The translations under genes were made by a program, and so were the position numbers. The notes beneath the pieces are model-generated. The model worked only from the letters and a program-made list of their open reading frames with translations, was not told the origin of the DNA and did not search any database. Positions 59,928 to 64,000 of a DNA stretch of 64,000 nucleotides are shown here, one piece after another. This DNA is from Saccostrea cucullata (Eukaryota). The stretch is from NCBI RefSeq assembly GCF_032062105.1, contig NW_026938805.1:186001-250000 (forward strand). Direction: 5' to 3'. Each line of letters begins with the position of its first letter. The stretch's first letter is position 1.

Positions 59928-62900
59928 TCAGTGGAAAAAACGGGAGAAAAATCCTGCAGATCTCTTCTTCTGTCCATTTTCTTTCTTCTACAAATAAAAA
60001 AAAAAAACAATAAATAAATGTAATGTCTTTAAGTCATGCTAAGAATTTACTTAAGTATTCATACAGAAAATATACATTTGCAAAGTGATAGAGACTATAC
60101 AATTTTCACTCCTCCTAAATATAACTTAGTATATCTAAGAAGTAATAATACATTTTTTTGAAATCTCTTTGTTGTTAGCAAGAATTCGTAATACAAGCAT
60201 GTTCAGTATAACAGTGTTTAACTGTATATGATAAATATCTCTGACTAGCCTTTAAGTATACGTATATTTATTAAAATTTTGATTAAAACATGTGAATGGG
60301 GTTTATTCATGTTGCACTGTATTATAAATATTATGGTTGATAAATATGTACATCAAATTTACTTACATTTCTGCATAGCAACTTGAACGACAAATTCCAT
60401 TTACTGCCTTTCTTGCAAATCTGTGAAAACAATACATAAATCATATTTAAAATAATTATTCTTGAATAAATTGTAAATTGTTGTTACAAGAAAATGCGTA
60501 ATCTAAGATGCTAAATTGAGCATGGAATAATTAAGAAATAACCATTACAATAAAGTTATATGTTAGTTTAAAAAAAGTATAAGTTGAGTGCAACAATTTT
60601 TTAAAGAGTTAGAAGTACTAGAATATAAAAGTACTTAGGAAACATACCTGATCGGTCTGTTGTTTTGTATCTATAAGACTTGTCTCATTTTCTGGTCCAC
60701 TTGTACATCCATCTGTAGCCAGCTCAGTTGTGATACTCTTGGAGCAGATTTCCACCAGTGACAAGGGGTTCTAAAAAGAAGCATTCCAGGGTTTTAGGTT
60801 TCTGTCATTAGCATTTCCTTCAACAGGTACCCTTCAGGTTTTAAAATAATCTCAGTTGCATTTGCTTGTGTTCAAAAATTCGGTTTAATGGGAAGTGTTA
60901 AAATAATCCGTACCTGTGTCATTAAGACCTCCTTAAAACGTATTGATGGTAGTAGCATTAGTTTGATATACGGATTCAGTTCTTCATTCTGAAAAAAAAA
61001 AAAGAATGAGATACGTCAATTGTATAATTTCTTTTTGATGCCCTGCTTTAATAACATCTTTGTTCTTTCTAATTTCAAATTTGATTTTAAACATAAAATA
61101 GCAAATGTTTAGGACATCTACTCACTTCTAACTCCATGTTGTCTTTTACAGGAGAATTGGCTCTGGATTCCTTACCCTCTTCATAATGTTCCTCCTAGTA
61201 AAAATATTAAAATCAGTTTAGAAACTCAGATTCATATTTTATAACCATTTCAAAAATCAGTCCTTATACAACGGGGATTAAAACTTTTAAATTGATGTCA
61301 ACATTACAAAAAAAAAAAGTTTTATTATAACTTAAAAACGGTAATTTAATTTGCAAGAAAAATTATAACATCCAGTAACTTACAATCACTGTGTCGAATC
61401 CTGGTTTATAATCACTTCCTTTCCGCCATTCATTCTTGAAGCACGAGTGAATGAAATGATCTCCAACAAATGGCTGAAATATAGATTTACCCAATCGATT
61501 ATATAACTTTGATAAAGAAGGAAAACTAATATTCACTTTTTGATTAAATATTCAACTTCTTTTTCGTAAAATTGTAAGGATGTAGGCGCGGATCTAGAAG
61601 GGGGCGGGGTCATGACCCCCCTCCCATGAAATTTGTTATTAAATGTATTAAAAAAAAGAACAGGAGCTCTTACTTCGAGGCATGGTAATTGTCGCCCTAA
61701 CCAGCTGAGGTACTCCTCTCCGGTAGAAAATTCTGGTTTGATGTCTTCGTCATCAATTTCTGCAGCTATCTGTTCCATAGATTCTTCTTCCTAGAGAAAA
61801 TTTTCAAAACGTAATGTCAATTCGACAATAGTTTTATGAGAAGTCAATGGAAGGAACATCAAATTAAAGTTATATTTCATTTTTTGAATTAGAGCATGAT
61901 TGAAATGACTCACAAATAAAGTTTCAAGCCATGGTGTGTAGCTGAAATCGTCCCGACTCCATTGACGGAAGAAATAATGATGAACCTCAAATTCTGGTAA
62001 AAATGGCTAAAAAGAAAGAAGAAAAAAAAAAGTCTTAAAATCCAAAATTAAATAATAAAATGATCATTCACAATGTATTAATATTATCGGAAGTACAACA
62101 ATCACTTTTTCATGATAATAATATCAATTCTGCTGAATTTTGCATTTGATTATTTTTCTTTGTTACTTACTTCCAGATAAGAAAGTCTTCCCTCCACCCA
62201 GTTCAGGAATTCTAATCCACTAGAAAATTCTGGTGTAGTGTCCTCTTCGCGTATTATTGTGTACAAATCTTCCTCTGCTTCTTCCTTAAAAAAAAAAAAT
62301 ATGAACGGTGATATGATATAAATTAATACCGTTGTTTTGCAAAGTATTGAAGATGTATTATCAAATTTGTTTGTACAGTCAAATACGTAATTCTGGTGCG
62401 ATCGTACACCGACCTACATTATACTTGTAGTTTACAGCTAAAAAAAAATAATCAAAATTGTTAAAATTTAAGGAAAAAAATCTTCAAAGCGCTATTAACA
62501 TTTCTTTTTCCCAAAAAGTTACTTGAGAAATAAATATATATAAAAATGTTTTTCTAAACCAGACATGAGGTCCACCATATATCTGTTATGATATAATAGC
62601 GTTATTTTGTTAAAGAGTTCTTTTGTTGAGTAAATAAAGTAATCTACAAATTTTACTAGATAGCATTAAAAGAGATCATTCAAGTTATCTACCGCTCACT
62701 ACATGTACGTGATTTATTGCCAAACACATTACATTATTTCGCCGTTCAACAAGTTTCCAAAAATTAAGTGAAATTATCACCCTATAAAAATCCTAAAAGC
62801 TGCATTTCGCCCTTTGTCTGACTACTTTTTCTTACCTTAATTGTGTCCAAGTCCTCTGCATATTCTTTGATCCTCCACAGCTCTCTTGCTATGGTTGCAT

Positions 62901-64000
62901 CGTCCGGTAGATAAATCTGAAAATTATTAGACTTATTTATCGAAATAACGAACTTGAATTGTAATTTGTTATGAAAGTAAAATTATGAAATTGCACCATA
63001 CAGTCGTGTTAAAAAACAAAAACAAAAACAAAAAAAGAATACCTTTAAGATATTTTCTGGTATGTCCGAGAAATTGCCTCTGCTCAAGTTGTTTTGGGAG
63101 ATTTTAGCAATATCTTTCCTTATTTCCTAAAAAAAAAAAAAGTTTATGTCAATTTAATATGGAGAATGCCAAAATTAAACAGTTTGTGAAATCAGAAATA
63201 TATATTCATACCAAATTATTCCAAAAAACAGAAAAGTATAGCTACCTCTCTTCTACGCTCCTCTTTGAGTTCCAGTTCCTTCTTGAATTCAGTAATACTG
63301 TTTGGAACAGCCGCCTAAAATCAAAGGGCTATGATAAGTACGATTATCATTTTGTACATTCAACCTTCGCTAAAAAAACAAAAAAACCCACACATTTTCG
63401 CTCAAGAATTAATAGGGGAGGGGGCTTCGAAAATTTTTGACTTACTTTCATCTGCATCTGGTTCAGCCTATTATTCAAGCTCATCATAAATTCTTCACCA
63501 TTTCTGTATTTTGTTTCTTCTCTCACATCCTAAAAGGAAGAAATAATTGTGAAATTTTATACACTGTATGTGTAGTATTTAAATCTTTTTTTTGGATTAT
63601 ATTATTTTGCAAACTAAATGTTTAAGTTACCATCGTGTTTGCTTTAGCCAAGTTGTCTGCTTTGTTGTCTTTCATCAAAGCGATTATGACGTCATAGTAC
63701 AAAGCTCCCATCATAGAAACGCTAAAACCCTTCGGTTTCCAAACCCGATTAAATTTTTTTTTTATATTGTTGTTGAAAAAATTTTCTTTCATATTTATAG
63801 AGGTAAAAAATCAATATTTCTCATAAAATATTGTTTAAAAAATATTTTTTTCTTGTTAAAGCAATTTAAATTTCTCATTGCTTTCTACATAAAGTATATA
63901 AATTGTCAATTAGTTTTAATTTATGAAATAAATATTCATAGGCTTTAAAGTTTTAAGAAATATTGTTTAAAAGATGGTGGTGGAATATTACTTACCATTG
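59928..64000 (-). CDS. Uncharacterised acidic protein encoded by at least 13 short phase-0 exons; 5' end outside the window
   Basis: Exons at about 63446-63529, 63246-63314, 63043-63126, 62836-62916, 62171-62284, 61914-62006, 61673-61789, 61384-61473, 61126-61194, 60914-60988, 60648-60770, 60367-60420 and 59928-59987 are all AG/GT-bounded and open in frame 0; the protein ends ...KKRSAGFFSRFFH*. Confidence 0.75.

Overview
AT-rich, intron-rich eukaryotic DNA, most likely from an oyster (Ostreidae; inferred from the ~166-bp satellite-bearing Helentron family and the gene set). Genes read by splicing exons manually: 3' half of MOSMO (+, with a GC-AG intron), mitochondrial aconitase ACO2 (-), VPS35L (-), MED9 (+, head-to-head with VPS35L), intronless GEMIN6 (+) starting only 47 nt after the MED9 stop, RAD54B (-), a three-exon tandem-CARD gene (+), and an unrecognised gene built of phase-0 exons (-) that runs off the window. 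Introns and intergenic DNA hold many non-autonomous DNA transposons, a Gypsy gag-pol region, a second Gypsy fragment and a LINE fragment. Best leads: (1) an H/ACA scaRNA in an ACO2 intron whose pocket matches the U1 snRNA 5' end (pseudouridine 5); (2) a probable MED9-GEMIN6 bicistronic unit; (3) an MLV-like UAG-GGA + 8-nt spacer + stem-loop readthrough signal between Gypsy gag and pol; (4) a CARD-CARD protein with an LC8-binding TQT motif and a DSGVES beta-TrCP degron. Two stretches look like assembly artefacts. All homology calls come from recalled sequences, not database searches, and internal exon coordinates are approximate.
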